64,000 nucleotides of DNA from Octopus bimaculoides (lineage: Eukaryota), in the NCBI RefSeq assembly GCF_001194135.2, contig NC_068982.1:30017056-30081055 (forward strand). Direction: 5' to 3'. The position numbers were made by a program, and so were the translations under genes. Position 1 is the stretch's first letter; the number at the start of each line of letters is the position of its first letter. Below are positions 12,135 to 24,578 of this stretch, one piece after another. The notes beneath the pieces were generated by a model, which saw only the letters and a list, made by a program, of their open reading frames with translations, was not told where the DNA came from and made no database searches.

Positions 12135-12442
12135 ATCAAAACTCAGAGCAATGCTACCATTGTAGTGTACCAGACACACAAGAATTAACTACGTTCACAC
12201 TTGCACAAGTCTTATCAATGACTGATGCCAAGAATTACTCATCAGGTAGTTTTCTGTCCTCAGCAACTTATAGAACAAATTAAAATTCTTTTGTTAACAT
12301 ATTACTGAGATGTACTTGCAAAGCAAGTGACCTGATCTGAGATCATGTGCTGGAACGAAAACAATTGCAGTGTGGAAGGTGTTTATAAGCCATTTAAGAA
12401 ACAAACAAAAACCGTGAGATTCACTTCAACATTTAAATTTAA

Positions 12443-12493
12443 TTTGCCGAAATATTTTCGGTGCTTTGAGACTGTGACCTGTTCACTGACAAA
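12443..12493 (-). ncRNA. Hammerhead-like motif with G3-C8 swapped core, within a repeat at about 12290-12535
   Basis: Minus strand reads TTTGTCA-GTGAACA-GGT...ACC-GAA-AATATT-T-CGGCAAA. Confidence 0.55.
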
Positions 12494-12577
12494 ATTCTGT
12501 CTCTTGAAATGAACTGTCCCTGTTTTAATCAATTTTGAAAATAATGAAGAATTTTGTAATATAACTTTCCATATTAG

Positions 12578-12798
12578 CCCTTTAGCATTTAAACTGACCA
12601 TATCTGGCTTGAATATCCTACCTGTTTGATGCTTAAGTTGGCCAGACCAAACCTCTCACACCTCCCCTACAATGTCATTCTAAAAAAAATATACAATCAC
12701 TTCATCAAAATTTTAAAGCCATCAGATAATGCATGATTAATTCAAAGCAATGTGAATAAATAAGCATTGCATTTGACAGTAATCTGAATGCTAATCGG
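12578..12798 (-). mobile_element. TTAA MITE family 1
   Basis: CCCTTTAGCATTT...AATCTGAATGCTAA, with TTAG/TTAA flanks. Confidence 0.75.
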
Positions 12799-13132
12799 TT
12801 AAAGGTTTTATTTTAATTGATATCCTTTTAAAATGAGAAGTTTGTGACACTGAACCAGGAGCAGTCTCAAATGGGTTGGAATCAAAAGAGTTAAGAAGCC
12901 AAGATTTGAACCATCTGAGTGGATGAAATTTAAACTAAAAGCCCCCCCCCCCAAAAAAAAAAAAAACTAATGCACTTTGTCAATAATGGATATATAAATA
13001 ATTTAAATAATTTAGTAGGCTTGACTATGTAGCAATACAGAAAAAACAAATTCAAAATCATAAGTTACAGCAACCAAAGCACTTGCTAAAAACACACTAA
13101 TTATGCACAGTGTATTATTAGATGCACTGAGT

Positions 13133-13191
13133 GCACTCTGTCTATTGAAGACGGTGAACATGTTATCAAAACAACTCATCAAGAAGAGTGC
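13133..13191 (+). ncRNA. Decayed hammerhead-like motif
   Basis: GCACTCT...TTGAAGA-C-GGTG...TATC-AAAA(for GAAA)-CAACTC-ATC-AAGAAGAGTGC. Two of the defects fit CpG decay. Confidence 0.4.
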
Positions 13192-13470
13192 TGTGTTTTT
13201 GTGAAATCCAATCATTATCGAGCATTAATAATATATTAAGAAAAGCTTTGAAATTAATGATCACATCATCAACAATGTCTCTACATGTCTATGTGCCTGT
13301 TGAAAAAAAAAAAAAAAAAGCAGGCAAGATGATCATTGCTGGAACAGTTTGATACGATAGGCCTTCCTGATTAAGGCTAACCTGAAGTGAAACGACTAAC
13401 AATTTCAGGAGTTGGGATGAGTCTGTATGGTTTCTCAACCCGTTAGAATAAACAGCCAAATTTCCAGTAA

Positions 13471-13898
13471 TCCTTTAGCATTCAGATCACTCTGTGAAAC
13501 TGAATGTATATTTAACCTTTTCACATCTAAACCAGCCGGAATATTCTACCTGGTTTATGTTCAAACTGACCAGATCCAGCCTCTCGCACCTACCCTATAA
13601 TGCCATCCTAAAATAATCTCATAATCAAAATCTGAAAGCTATGAGACAGTGCTTGTTAACACATAACAATTGAATAAATAAACATTATAACTGAAAGAAT
13701 ATTCTGAATGCCAAAGGGTGAATGACATTGTTTTAAATTAATCATGCATTGTTTTGTAACTTCGATATTTTAATGATGTGAGTATGTATTTTTAGAATGA
13801 CATTATAGTGTAGGTGTGAGAAGCTAGACATGACTGATTTGAACATAAAACACATAGAATATTCGAGCCAGATATTACTTGATTTAAATATTTAAAGG
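13471..13898 (+). mobile_element. TTAA MITE family 1 with an inverted family-1 copy nested at 13516-13718
   Basis: Outer halves 13471-13511 and 13723-13898; inner copy bounded by TTAA/TGAA. Confidence 0.7.
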
Positions 13899-13939
13899 TT
13901 AAATCACATTCTTCTGTTGTCTTTTCTTTTTCCTTTTGC

Positions 13940-14162
13940 TTCCAAACCACATGGCTCCAGGTTCAGTCCCATTGCAGATTACCTTGGCCAAGTGTCTTCT
14001 AGTATAGCCCTAGGCTGATCATAACCTTTTGAGTGGATTTGATAGATGGAAACTGAAAGAAGTCTTGAAATCATGTTCAACTCACTGGCTGATAACTGAT
14101 GAGGAGTTGGGGACCTGTGTCTGTTTTTCGTTTGTGCATTTACTGTACATTTTAAAACTTTT

Positions 14163-14206
<44 letters not shown>

Positions 14207-14365
14207 TAAAATGAGACAACAAAGCCTAGGCAGTGTGAATCTCATTTTATTTCTGATGATGGGATATTCTTCATATCCCTGAAACAGCTGTATGTGACCT
14301 TGTTCTCCTGTGAACAACTAGACTCCTTCCTCTCTTTTGTTCACACACACACACTTTTGCACCCC

Positions 14366-14442
<77 letters not shown>

Positions 14443-14672
14443 TTATTTATATTGTGTGTTTGTCTCCTACCACTGCTTGATAACTAGCGTTGGTGTGTTT
14501 ATATCCCCATAACATGGCAGTTCAGCAAGAAAACTGATAGACTAAATTCCAATTTAAAAAAAAAAGTATAAATATTGGGCTCAATTTGCTGGAGTAAAAT
14601 TTCTTCAAGATGGTGCTCCAGCATGGCAGCAGTCTAATGACAGAAACAAGTAAAAAGATAATAGATAAAAAG
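13940..14672 (+). mobile_element. SINE family A halves (13940-14065, 14440-14672) separated by a hammerhead-bearing insert and microsatellites
   Basis: 5' and 3' halves are collinear and in the same orientation. Confidence 0.65.
14253..14292 (+). ncRNA. Hammerhead-ribozyme-like motif with degenerate stem I
   Basis: CTGATGA-T-GGGATAT-tcttc-ATATCCC-T-GAA-ACAGCTGT-A: 7-bp stem II, 8-nt palindromic stem III, GUA triplet. Stem I does not pair in this copy. Confidence 0.7.
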
Positions 14673-15159
14673 TATCCTGGCTTTTCCAATTATAGACACA
14701 CTGTCTGAAATAAAGATGGGGTGGTCACTTATGGAAATCTTTGAAGCTAAATAACAACTTTGAATAATTTAGTCTACAAATTCAAATAAAAGCGTTCACA
14801 GATTTATCTTAACGATGCTGTTTCATGGGACATTGTTTTTTTAATAGAAAACAAAATTGAGCCAAGGGAAATAACTCAAATTAGCCAGTGGCATAGATTG
14901 AAATGAATCAGTTATGTATGAACGCACTAAATCACATGTGCCAAAAGTTCATAATGAATTAAAATTTTCTCCTTAATTGGAGGAGAAAAAAAAAAATCTA
15001 CTAAAACTTAATTGCATTCATTAGTGACTCACAGAAAAGAGGAACTAATTTCAATCAACTGAAAATTAATTAAATTAGTTTGATCTTTGTTAGTGGGGAC
15101 GATAACAGGAAAAGATGTTTTTCAATCTTATTGGATCTCATCAGTGAATATCATTTGTC

Positions 15160-15540
15160 TTTTTGTTTGTCTTGTTTCAGTCATTGGACTGTGGCCATGC
15201 AGAGGCACCACATTGAAGGCATTTATTAAAATTGAGCTGATTGACACCAGCACTTATTTTCAAGTACTTATACTATCAACCTGTTTTTGCCAAACCTACG
15301 AAGTTATAGAAATGTAAACAAACCAGCACCTGTTTTCAAGCAGTGGCAAGGACAAACACAGGTGTACACACACACACACACACACACAAAATGGGTTTCC
15401 ATAAAATTTCCAACTACTAAATTCACTTCCAAGGCATTAATCAGACTGAGGCTTTAGTGGGAGACACATGCTCATGGTGCCACACAGTGGAACTGGACCT
15501 GAAACCATTTGATTCGGAAGTAAACTTCTTCAACATAACC
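15160..15540 (-). mobile_element. SINE family A
   Basis: Diverged full copy. Confidence 0.75.
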
Positions 15541-15835
15541 ATTTATTTTATCAATTATCAAATGGTAAAGAAGAATATAAATTTTATTCAATTAATCCTT
15601 TTTGTTACAGTTTGCTATAAAATAAGGGGAAAAAATGGAGACAAACTGCTAATTATTTTAGTTGATAAATTATAGCAGGTAAATAGTGCATTTAATTAGA
15701 AATATGGTCTCAAAAATGATAAAGCACTGCAAAAGCTTGCTGGTTAGGATAATGCAAAACTATCACTTCCCTCAACTGGTTAACTACATACCATTTTTAC
15801 CAAAGCCTTCTCAAGAAACCTGTTTCTCTTCTCAG

Positions 15836-15882
15836 GAATTCGGAGCCAGTGTTCTGTGATCTTTGCAAGCATTACCAGTTTG
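15836..15882 (+). other. Candidate 47-nt cassette exon
   Basis: Acceptor cctgtttctcttctcAG and donor TTG|GTAAGA. Open in two frames (GIRSQCSVIFASITSL or NSEPVFCDLCKHYQFG). Confidence 0.45.
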
Positions 15883-16120
15883 GTAAGATTGATAGTGTTG
15901 GCGTTAAGTTTGAAATTGTGAAAAAATGTGGGCAAATGAATTCCTGATGGTTGGCATATGTGGGGGAAGATTTGGATGGTAAGGTGATGAATAGACTAGG
16001 AGAGGGGAGGTTAGGATGAGGAGAAGAGAAGAAACAGGTTTCTTGAGTGAACCTGGATAAAGACTGGTGTGTACCAAGGAAGTGAGAGCTGTACCAGAAG
16101 AAGTCTTTGCAGTACTTTAA

Positions 16121-16525
16121 CCCTTTTGCTACCAACATTTGCTACCAAATTTTCTGTTTTAATGTGATTTGAGTTAAAGCTTACCATCAAAATTTCATGT
16201 TAATTTGTTCCAAGCTGCAGCTTAATAATGAGAAATTATATGGAAATATTATTTCAGAAGTTCTTTCGCTCATAAGAAAAAAACCTCACATAATAAAGAT
16301 ACAGGAAAGCAAAAAGGAAAAATTATAAGCTCTGAGTGGTTCCCTCCCCGTAAAGTTAAGCTTCACCCTTCCTTCTGTTTCCCACTAAACTCTCTTTCCC
16401 TCCTTCTTTTACTCCGAAAACAACCATAATTGGCAGCACCAACAGTTGTCAGTCAAATTATTTTACTAAATTCTTCATTATTTTTAAAATTAACTGAAAT
16501 TAAGGCTACTATATTAACTAAAGTG
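16121..16525 (+). mobile_element. TTAA MITE family 2 with a ~190-bp internal insert
   Basis: TTAA|CCCTTTTGCTACC start; shares gcttaataatga...ttttactaaattcttcatt with the copies at 45094 and 61612. Confidence 0.55.
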
Positions 16526-16955
16526 TTAACAGCTTAGAGTCCACAGCTCCATAGATTTTTAATACTCTGCCAAAAAACTCCTTCCTTCGTCTTAAACACG
16601 CCACAAAAAGAAGTCAGTAGAAATAGTAGCACCAGTGCATTAGTACTCCAGCATGGCCAGTGCCCATAGATTGATACTGGTCAAATATATATATATGTGT
16701 GTGTATATGTATTCTTTAGCTTTAGGAAGAGCATCCAACCATAATAGAAGCCATGCTAAAGCAGAAAACTGAGCTTGGTGCAGTCTTCAGACTTACCAGT
16801 TCCTGTCGAACCATCCGACCCATGCCAGCATAGGAAACAAACAGTAAATAATAATAATATGTGTATATATATGTATATATATATATATATGTGTGTGTGT
16901 ATATATGTTTGTGTGTGGGCATGTGTATGTATATATATATATATGTATGTGTGGA

Positions 16956-17000
<45 letters not shown>

Positions 17001-17444
17001 NNNNNNNNNNNNNNNNNNNNNNNNNNNNNNNNNNNNNNNNNNNNNNNNNNNNNNNNNNNNNNNNNNNNNNNNNNNNNNNNNNNNNNNNNNNNNNNNNNNN
17101 NNNNNNNNNNNNNNNNNNNNNNNNNNNNNNNNNNNNNNNNNNNNNNNNNNNNNNNNNNNNNNNNNNNNNNNNNNNNNNNNNNNNNNNNNNNNNNNNNNNN
17201 NNNNNNNNNNNNNNNNNNNNNNNNNNNNNNNNNNNNNNNNNAATCTCAGAAAACCTGACAGTTTCCTAATTGAAATAATAATTGAAGTTTTGACATAAGT
17301 TTTAATCTTTTTCCTTTTAATGGAAAAAATATTTTTTACGTTTCTTCTAAATGAAGAAGAAACTTTTAAAATGGCTGTTACTTATGTCCATGCTACAGCA
17401 TCACCTGACTTTTTGTCATTTTTTTCAACATTCTTTGAATTGGC

Positions 17445-17620
17445 TAAGGTGGTGAGCTGGCAGAAATGTTAGCACACTGGGCAAAACGCTTAGCTGTATT
17501 TTGTCTGTCTTTACGTTTTGAGTTCAAATTCTGCCGAAGTCAACTTTGCCTTTCATCCTTTCAAGGTCGATAAATTAAGTACCAGTTGTGAACTGGGGGA
17601 TGATCTGATCGACATGCTCA
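17445..17620 (+). mobile_element. SINE family C (tRNA head plus CCTTTCATCC...GTCGATAAATTAAGTACC core)
   Basis: A box TGGCAGAAATG and B box GTTCAAATTC. Other copies at about 25855, 26420 (minus), 56150 and 59205. Confidence 0.75.
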
Positions 17621-17859
17621 CAACCAAACCTCAAGCTATGCTTGCATCTATATGATTAAAAACATTCCCACTTTGATCATTGAGTCCCCAGGTTTTGACC
17701 ATCAGTTAATTGTTTCCTGTTTTAAATAGTAAGATGTGATATACAGGAATTTGGTTCTTAATTGCAGCTGATTGAGTGTCTAGAAAAGGATTCCTTGAGG
17801 GCTCCTTAAAACCCTGGAACTCCCATACCTCTGCCCCACTACTACCAGATGCAGTTTAA

Positions 17860-18587
17860 CCCCTTGGCATTAAACTGGTCAGATCTGGCCCCTCATATCT
17901 ACCCTGCAATGTCATTCTAAAACCAAACAATCACATCATTGAAGTCTTGACGCTACGTTGTAATGCATGATTAATTCAAACCAATGTGGCACAGGCGTGC
18001 CTGTGTAGTAAGAAGTTTACTTCCCAACCATATGGTTCCGGGTTCAGTCCTACTGCATAGCACCTTGGGTAAGTGTCTTCTGCTATAGAATCGGGCTGAC
18101 CAAAGCCTTGTAAGTAGATTTGGTAGATGGAAACTGAAATAAACCTGTTGTATATGTGTGTGTGTGTGTATGTTTGAATATGTATGTATGTATATAATAT
18201 GTGTGTATGTATATATATATATGTATGTGTATATGTATGTATGTATATCTATATGTATATGTATGTATATATATATATGTATGTATGTTTGTATATATTT
18301 GTATATATATATGATATATGTGTGTGTGTCTGTGTTTGTCCCCACCACCATCACTTGACAGCTGGTGTGTTTATGTTCCCGTAACTTAGTGGTTAGGGAA
18401 AAGAGACCGATAGAATAAATACCAGGCTTACAAAGAATAAATCCTGGGGTCAATTTCTTCGGCTAAAACCCTTTAAGGCAGTGCTCCAGCATGGCCACTG
18501 TCAAATGACAGAAACAAGTAAAAGAGTAATTGCTCTATGTGAATAAATTAGCAATATGTCTCACAGAGTAATCTGAATGCTAAATGG
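17860..18587 (-). mobile_element. TTAA MITE family 1 split by a family-A SINE (17989-18527)
   Basis: MITE halves rejoin at caatgtg|aataaa; candidate TSD ATGTG. Confidence 0.7.
17989..18527 (+). mobile_element. SINE family A
   Basis: Full copy with an expanded internal microsatellite. Confidence 0.85.
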
Positions 18588-19321
18588 TTAAAGTCATGAC
18601 TAGGACAATATGTGTAAAAAAAGATATGTTTGTCATTGTAAGGACACAGTATGATTAGATCTGATAGATTTACTTTCTAGGTGTTTATTCTTCTGTTATT
18701 TATGCCTGTTACCTTTAAGGTATTTTTGTCTTTCTACTGTTTGCTCCTGTGAATAAACAGGGTCATGTGATGAATGGGTTCGGAGTGGGGGAATGAGATT
18801 GAAAATAGCCAGCTCATTACAAGATTTAATTGAAGGATTCTACCAGTGGACTTAATTTTCTGAGTAAATATGTCTTAATCTTTTAGTTTTTTTTTTTTTT
18901 TTCTGGTGAAGAAAGAAGCTAAACAGAACAGTAAATAAATATATAAATAGATAGAAAAACAGTAGAAAAAAGAAATATGATTTCTATTGATATTGAAGTT
19001 TTAAATTAAACTTTCCTCAGGTACTTTCTTGAAATCATACTTTTATTTAGACAACAGTAGTTTGCATAAGATTGAATTGTATGTATTGTCTTGATTTGTT
19101 TCCTTTCTTTCTTTCTTTTTTTTTTCCATCTTTCTGGTTCATTCCATATTCGAAAATATTTTCACTATCAAAATTATTTTAAATGCAAACTACACAGAAT
19201 CTTTGTAAAGATACTTTAGAAAATAATGGTGTATAGAAATGTGCCTTTCAAACATTTCCTGTGATATATATCTAAATATATATAATGTATGTATGTGTGT
19301 GTGTGTGTATATATATATATG

Positions 19322-19361
<40 letters not shown>

Positions 19362-19463
19362 NNNNNNNNNNNNNNNNNNNNNNNNNNNNNNNNNNNNNNN
19401 NNNNNNNNNNNNNNNNNNNNNNNNNNNNNNNNNNNNNNNNNNNNNNNNNNNNNNNNNNNNNNN

Positions 19464-19502
<39 letters not shown>

Positions 19503-20085
19503 TAAAGCTCACTTGGAAATGGCTGCATGGCATTCGATCATATAATGATATAAATAATATATAAATATATGCATATATATACATACATATATATACATAC
19601 CTACATATATATGTATATATGGGTACAGGATATCAAAAAACTGTGAACAAAACGAGAAACGAGAACATAAAAAACAAAAACATAGAAAATGAGCATTTTT
19701 TCGAACAACAAAAGAAAAAAATAGAGAAACGAGACAGGCAACATAAAGGACATTCCCTTCATCAATTGTCCCTTGTTTTATCTACTCTGCATTTTGAAGG
19801 TAGGTACAAGACGCGACTTCGTTAAAATAGTCCTTCCCGCAAAGCAAATCAAATAAAATTTGGGATATTTTGTGGAGGGTTAAAGTGGTAACAAAAACAG
19901 GACAATTGACCGTAGCACCTTATAGTATCAATGTAAATGATGTAACATTTAAGTATGGCTAAGATTTCAAGTGGTCTGGTGCTAACCAGCAATACCAAAT
20001 GCTGCAATGTGATAATGAAATAAGCCAGAAGTATCTTGCAGTATTTACTGCAACAGTAAAAAGTGGTTACTTGATGCATGCTTTT

Positions 20086-20224
20086 TACTCAGTACTAAAA
20101 TATAGATGCAACCTCACAAAACATTTACGTAACTAACGCAGCACACCTACTGTTGCGTCAGTTACGTGTTGCAGCAGTTACAAGATTCTCATTTATATTT
20201 CAAGAAAATGTAAAGTACTGAGTA
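20086..20224. mobile_element. Small foldback element
   Basis: TIR TACTCAGTACT/AGTACTGAGTA plus an inner hairpin at 20127-20167. Confidence 0.55.
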
Positions 20225-20539
20225 TAAGAATAAAATCCCCCCTCACAGCATGTTATAATGGTGGCATTGTTTTAAAGTAATTGTTTGTCAAGATTTTGTA
20301 AACTCAACTTATAATGTCAAAATGCAACTGATGCAACGGATTCTAATGAACACAATAAACTCTGTTTTTGCTGATAAGCAGGATGATCTTTCAAAAAATA
20401 ACAAATCCAAACTGTAGTTTTACTCTAGTTCTTCCTAAAAATACATCTTTGAAAGATGGAATGTTTATTTGTTTCTAGGATGGAACTTGATTGCTATCTT
20501 TCATCCTTGCAGTCAAATTGTCATTTGGGAGACTGGATC

Positions 20540-20564
20540 CAAGATGGCTGCCCTGGTCACATGA
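20540..20564 (+). promoter_or_regulatory. YY1-like motif (CAAGATGGCTGCC) next to an E-box (GTCACATGA)
   Basis: Motif match only. Confidence 0.25.
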
Positions 20565-20762
20565 TAATAGTCCTGCAGAAAATTATTTTTACTCTTATTT
20601 TATCCTATTGACTTATGGGTACATAATAATATATAATACAGTTTTGTTATAATTTTGCAGTATTTGCTTCCTTGTGCATGAAATTGCCCTATATATATAT
20701 ATATGTATATATATATAAGCAATGTTAATTCTCTAAATGAAGTATTAAGTGGCAATATACTA

Positions 20763-20831
<69 letters not shown>

Positions 20832-21369
20832 TATATACACACGTGCCTATGAAAATTTGTGTATGAGAACAGACACATACATTTACACAAATATACACAA
20901 AAGTGAGAGACAAAGAGAGAAGAAAAAAACTTGCTCCATTTGCTAAGAAATCTGCTCCAAGACCTACGTGATTCCGATAGCTCTGGTTTTTTTTTTGAAT
21001 ACAGTAAGATGAAAGTTCACACATGAATATAAAAGAAGATAAGTAAGTGCAAATGTACTAGAATATTTGTACAGATACACACACAGATAAGAGGTGAGAG
21101 CTAGATATGCTCAGTATAGAAAATATGTTGTGCTCAAATGCATTTGAGCTTAAACTTCATGGTCTATGTAAGTATATTAGTGTGTGTGTGTATATATGTG
21201 TGCAAGTGTGTGTGTATATATATATATATATATATTATTTTGTTTAAAAGAGTTCCAACACTGTCTGTTTTTTATGTTTTATTTATATTCCTGCAGAACC
21301 AATGTGGGGTATAGAATATGGAACATACAATATATAATATAATATACAATATATAATATAAAATAAAAT

Positions 21370-21414
<45 letters not shown>

Positions 21415-21473
21415 GCACATACATGCATATATATGATGCCTAATTGTGTTTATTTGCATCACTACCTCCATAT

Positions 21474-21790
21474 AGAGGTGCATAGCTCAGTGGTTAGAGT
21501 GTTGGGCTCTCAATCGTGAGGTAGTGAGTTCAATACTTAGACCAGGCTGTGTGTTCTGTTCTTGAGCAAGACTTTATTTCTCTTTACTCCAGTTGACTCA
21601 GATGTAGAAATTGATATGCAATGTTACTGGTACCAAGCTGTCTTGTCCTTTGCTTTTCCCAACACTGGAGGTGTGGACAGAGGAGACTAGTATGTATGGG
21701 TGACTGCTGGTCTTCCATAATCAACCTTGCTCAGACTTCTGCTGCACAGGGTAACTTTCTAGGTTGCAATCCCATGGTCATTCACGATGG
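21474..21790 (+). mobile_element. SINE family F (tRNA head TAGCTCAGTGG / GTTCAATAC)
   Basis: Related minus-strand copies at about 38260-38552 and 38770-38972. Confidence 0.65.
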
Positions 21791-21819
21791 AAGGGTTTCC
21801 TTACCCTTTATCTCCATAT

Positions 21820-21866
<47 letters not shown>

Positions 21867-21889
21867 ACATATGTATATATGTATATATG

Positions 21890-21942
<53 letters not shown>

Positions 21943-22029
21943 ATGCATGTGTATGTGTATGTATGTGTGCATGTGTATGTATATATGTATGCATGTGTGT
22001 GTGTATATATATATGTGTGTGTGCATTTG

Positions 22030-22600
22030 TAACTATTCTTCTCTTCCTTTCACCGTTCCCTCTCTCTCACTCCTCCTCCTTGACACTCTCGTCGCTGACA
22101 TGTGACGAAAGGGATTCTTTCTTTCTACTTCCTGCCTTCCTATAGAAAAGACGTGAATTTTTTTTCTCTCTCATTTACATCTAACTTCGCGTTCAAAATA
22201 ATAATTTTTCTATCATCTTGGCCCAACAGCCCTTACCATTTTGTTTTCACTGTCTTGTCTTGTTTTCACTGTCTTGTCTTGTTTTTACTGTCTTGTTCTC
22301 CCTGTCCTGTTCTTGTTTACACTTTCGCCCTCCGCAAAAAATTCCAAATTTTATTTAATTTGCTTGTGGGAAGGACTATTCCACCGAAGTCACGTATTGT
22401 CCTTGCCTTCGAAACGCAGAGTAGATGGAACAGGGACAACTGATGAAGGGAAATATTCTTTATGTTGCATGTCTCGTTTCTCTGTTCTTTTTCATTGTTC
22501 GAAAAAAGTTTGTTTTCTGTCTTCGTCTTTATGTTTTCATTTCTCATTGTGTTTAACATGTTTTTTGATGTCCTGTACCCATATATGCATGTATGTATGC
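22030..22600 (+). repeat. Unclassified interspersed repeat; inverted partial copy at about 19615-19890
   Basis: The two copies share ...GAAGGACTATT...CCTTC(G/A)AAA...GGGACAA(C/T)TGATGAAGGG...; both are embedded in (TA)/(TG) microsatellites. Confidence 0.7.
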
Positions 22601-23039
22601 ATATAGATGTAGGTATGTACATATATGTATGGATATATGCATATATTTATATATATATATATGTACATACATATATATGTGTGTGTGTGTGTGTTTATAT
22701 ATATATATATATACATATATATGTGTGTGTTTATATATATATATAATGTGAAACAGTCATGTGACTCTTCTTTTCTTTTTCATAGCTATCTGACAACACC
22801 ACTAGTTTGTAGTCATGTCATCATCTCTGCAGGCTATCCTTGTAAATGGTTTGATTCTTGATTCAGATTAGTCAGGGAATGGAGCAAGGTCTCTTACATG
22901 TCTAAAACGTTTCTCTTGATTGTAAGAAACTATTTAAAATAATGTTTATGTTCTGCTAGAAACAAAATTGCATTCTTCAACATGGTGCATGTGCATATGT
23001 AGTGAATATCTTATAGTAGTGTCAACATTTATGTTCTAT

Positions 23040-23278
23040 CTTTAACTTGTTTCAGTCATTAGACTGCGGCCATGCTGGGGCACTGCAGTGTGGGTGACAA
23101 GTAAGGACACATGCACATACAATAGGCTTGTTTCAGTTTCTGTCTATCAGATCCACTGACAATCTTTGGTTGGCCCAAGACAACAGTAGAAGACACCTGT
23201 CCAAGGTGCCATGCAGTGCAGCTGAATCTGGAACCATGTGGTTGGGAAGCAAACTTCTTACCATACAGCTACACCTAA
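23040..23278 (-). mobile_element. SINE family A, internally deleted
   Basis: Both ends present. Further partial copies at about 8960-9135, 24050-24200, 35630-35965, 50510-50670, 59465-59620 and 62755-62920. Confidence 0.7.
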
Positions 23279-23566
23279 ATCATTTTAGCTTCATTTGATG
23301 TTGAAACTTGACATTGCTCAGAACCTGTCTCTACATGGCAACACACATCATTTTTCAAAATATACGTTGGCTGAGCTGCAGTGATTATAATAATTGTATA
23401 AGTATATATATATATATATATAAGAAAAAAATCATTGCCTTACAAAAAGCTTAGAAGAAATGAAAATATTGAAGTAAATATCTTATATACGACAAATATT
23501 TGTCGGAAATGAGAATAAAGTCACTTCTCTGATAACCTTTGTGCAGTATAGTAATACCATTTATGA

Positions 23567-23603
<37 letters not shown>

Positions 23604-24578
23604 ATGAGTTTGGTTCACTGAAGATTTTCATTTTGCCAAGCCATAGTTTACTGTGAATCTCTTATATCACATTGTCTCTTAGTGTATGCAGAACTATGGT
23701 AAAGGCAGTTATTAATATCCAAGTGGCCTCACAAATCATTATTTGACTTCTTTAGATGCTAAATTCTTTGGTACTATAGATTTAAAGATCGATTTAATAA
23801 TTGTTTCGGTAAGAATTGTTGAGTGTTAAAAATGGTAAATTATCAGGCTAAAATACCAAACAGCATTCTTGCTACTCTTCTGCATTGTACATTTACAGAT
23901 GTGACTCATTTTCTCTTCCATCTCTCTCTTTCTCTGCATTCATTGAGATAGAATTAAGTTATTTCCTACCTCTACAGATGTTTGGTCATGTACCAGTGTC
24001 AAAGAAAAAAAAAAAAAAAATCTATATTCTGGTTTTTAAGAAAATGTACATATATGGCTGTGTGATTGAGAAGAAACCTATTCGCCCATAATCTGGTTTC
24101 AGATTGCCCAAGTTACCACTCCATGGTACCTTGGGCAAGTGTCTTCTACTAAAGCCCTGGTCTGATCAATGCTTAATGATGGAAACTGCATAGAAGCTTA
24201 TATATATATATATATGTATGAATGTATATAGTATGATCTGAAAGATATTGGTATAGGGAGTTAGTTAGCTTCAAATATGTACCCAGCTAGTACAGATGAC
24301 AAAATATGGGCAATATATGATAAAGAGGCTCTAATAACCATAGTATATCATACACTTTGTATCATATTGAAATCAGTGGAAATTTCAGCAAGCTGACAGT
24401 CACTATACAAGTCATGCTAAAATTGCTAAACACGTGAATAAAAATCATCTAAGAATGTAAGGAATAGAAAATAAATACTACATATTTAAACATAAAGACT
24501 ACATATGTTTATAACTAAATGATGTTTGTTTCTTTTTCATTCCATGCATTCTGGGATATATATATATATATATATATA

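Noticed and set aside
15095-15150. Minus-strand CTGATGA-GATC/GATT-GAAA
   Set aside because: Stem III is out of register by one base and there is no stem I; probably chance.
18761-18855. Protein-like frame SCDEWVRSGGMRLKIASSLQDLIEGFYQWT*
   Set aside because: Poor acceptor, no donor before the stop, no homology.
22400-22460. CCTTC-GAAA-CGC followed by CTGATGA-AGGG (hammerhead halves in permuted order)
   Set aside because: Stems I and III cannot be formed convincingly; kept only as an unclassified repeat.
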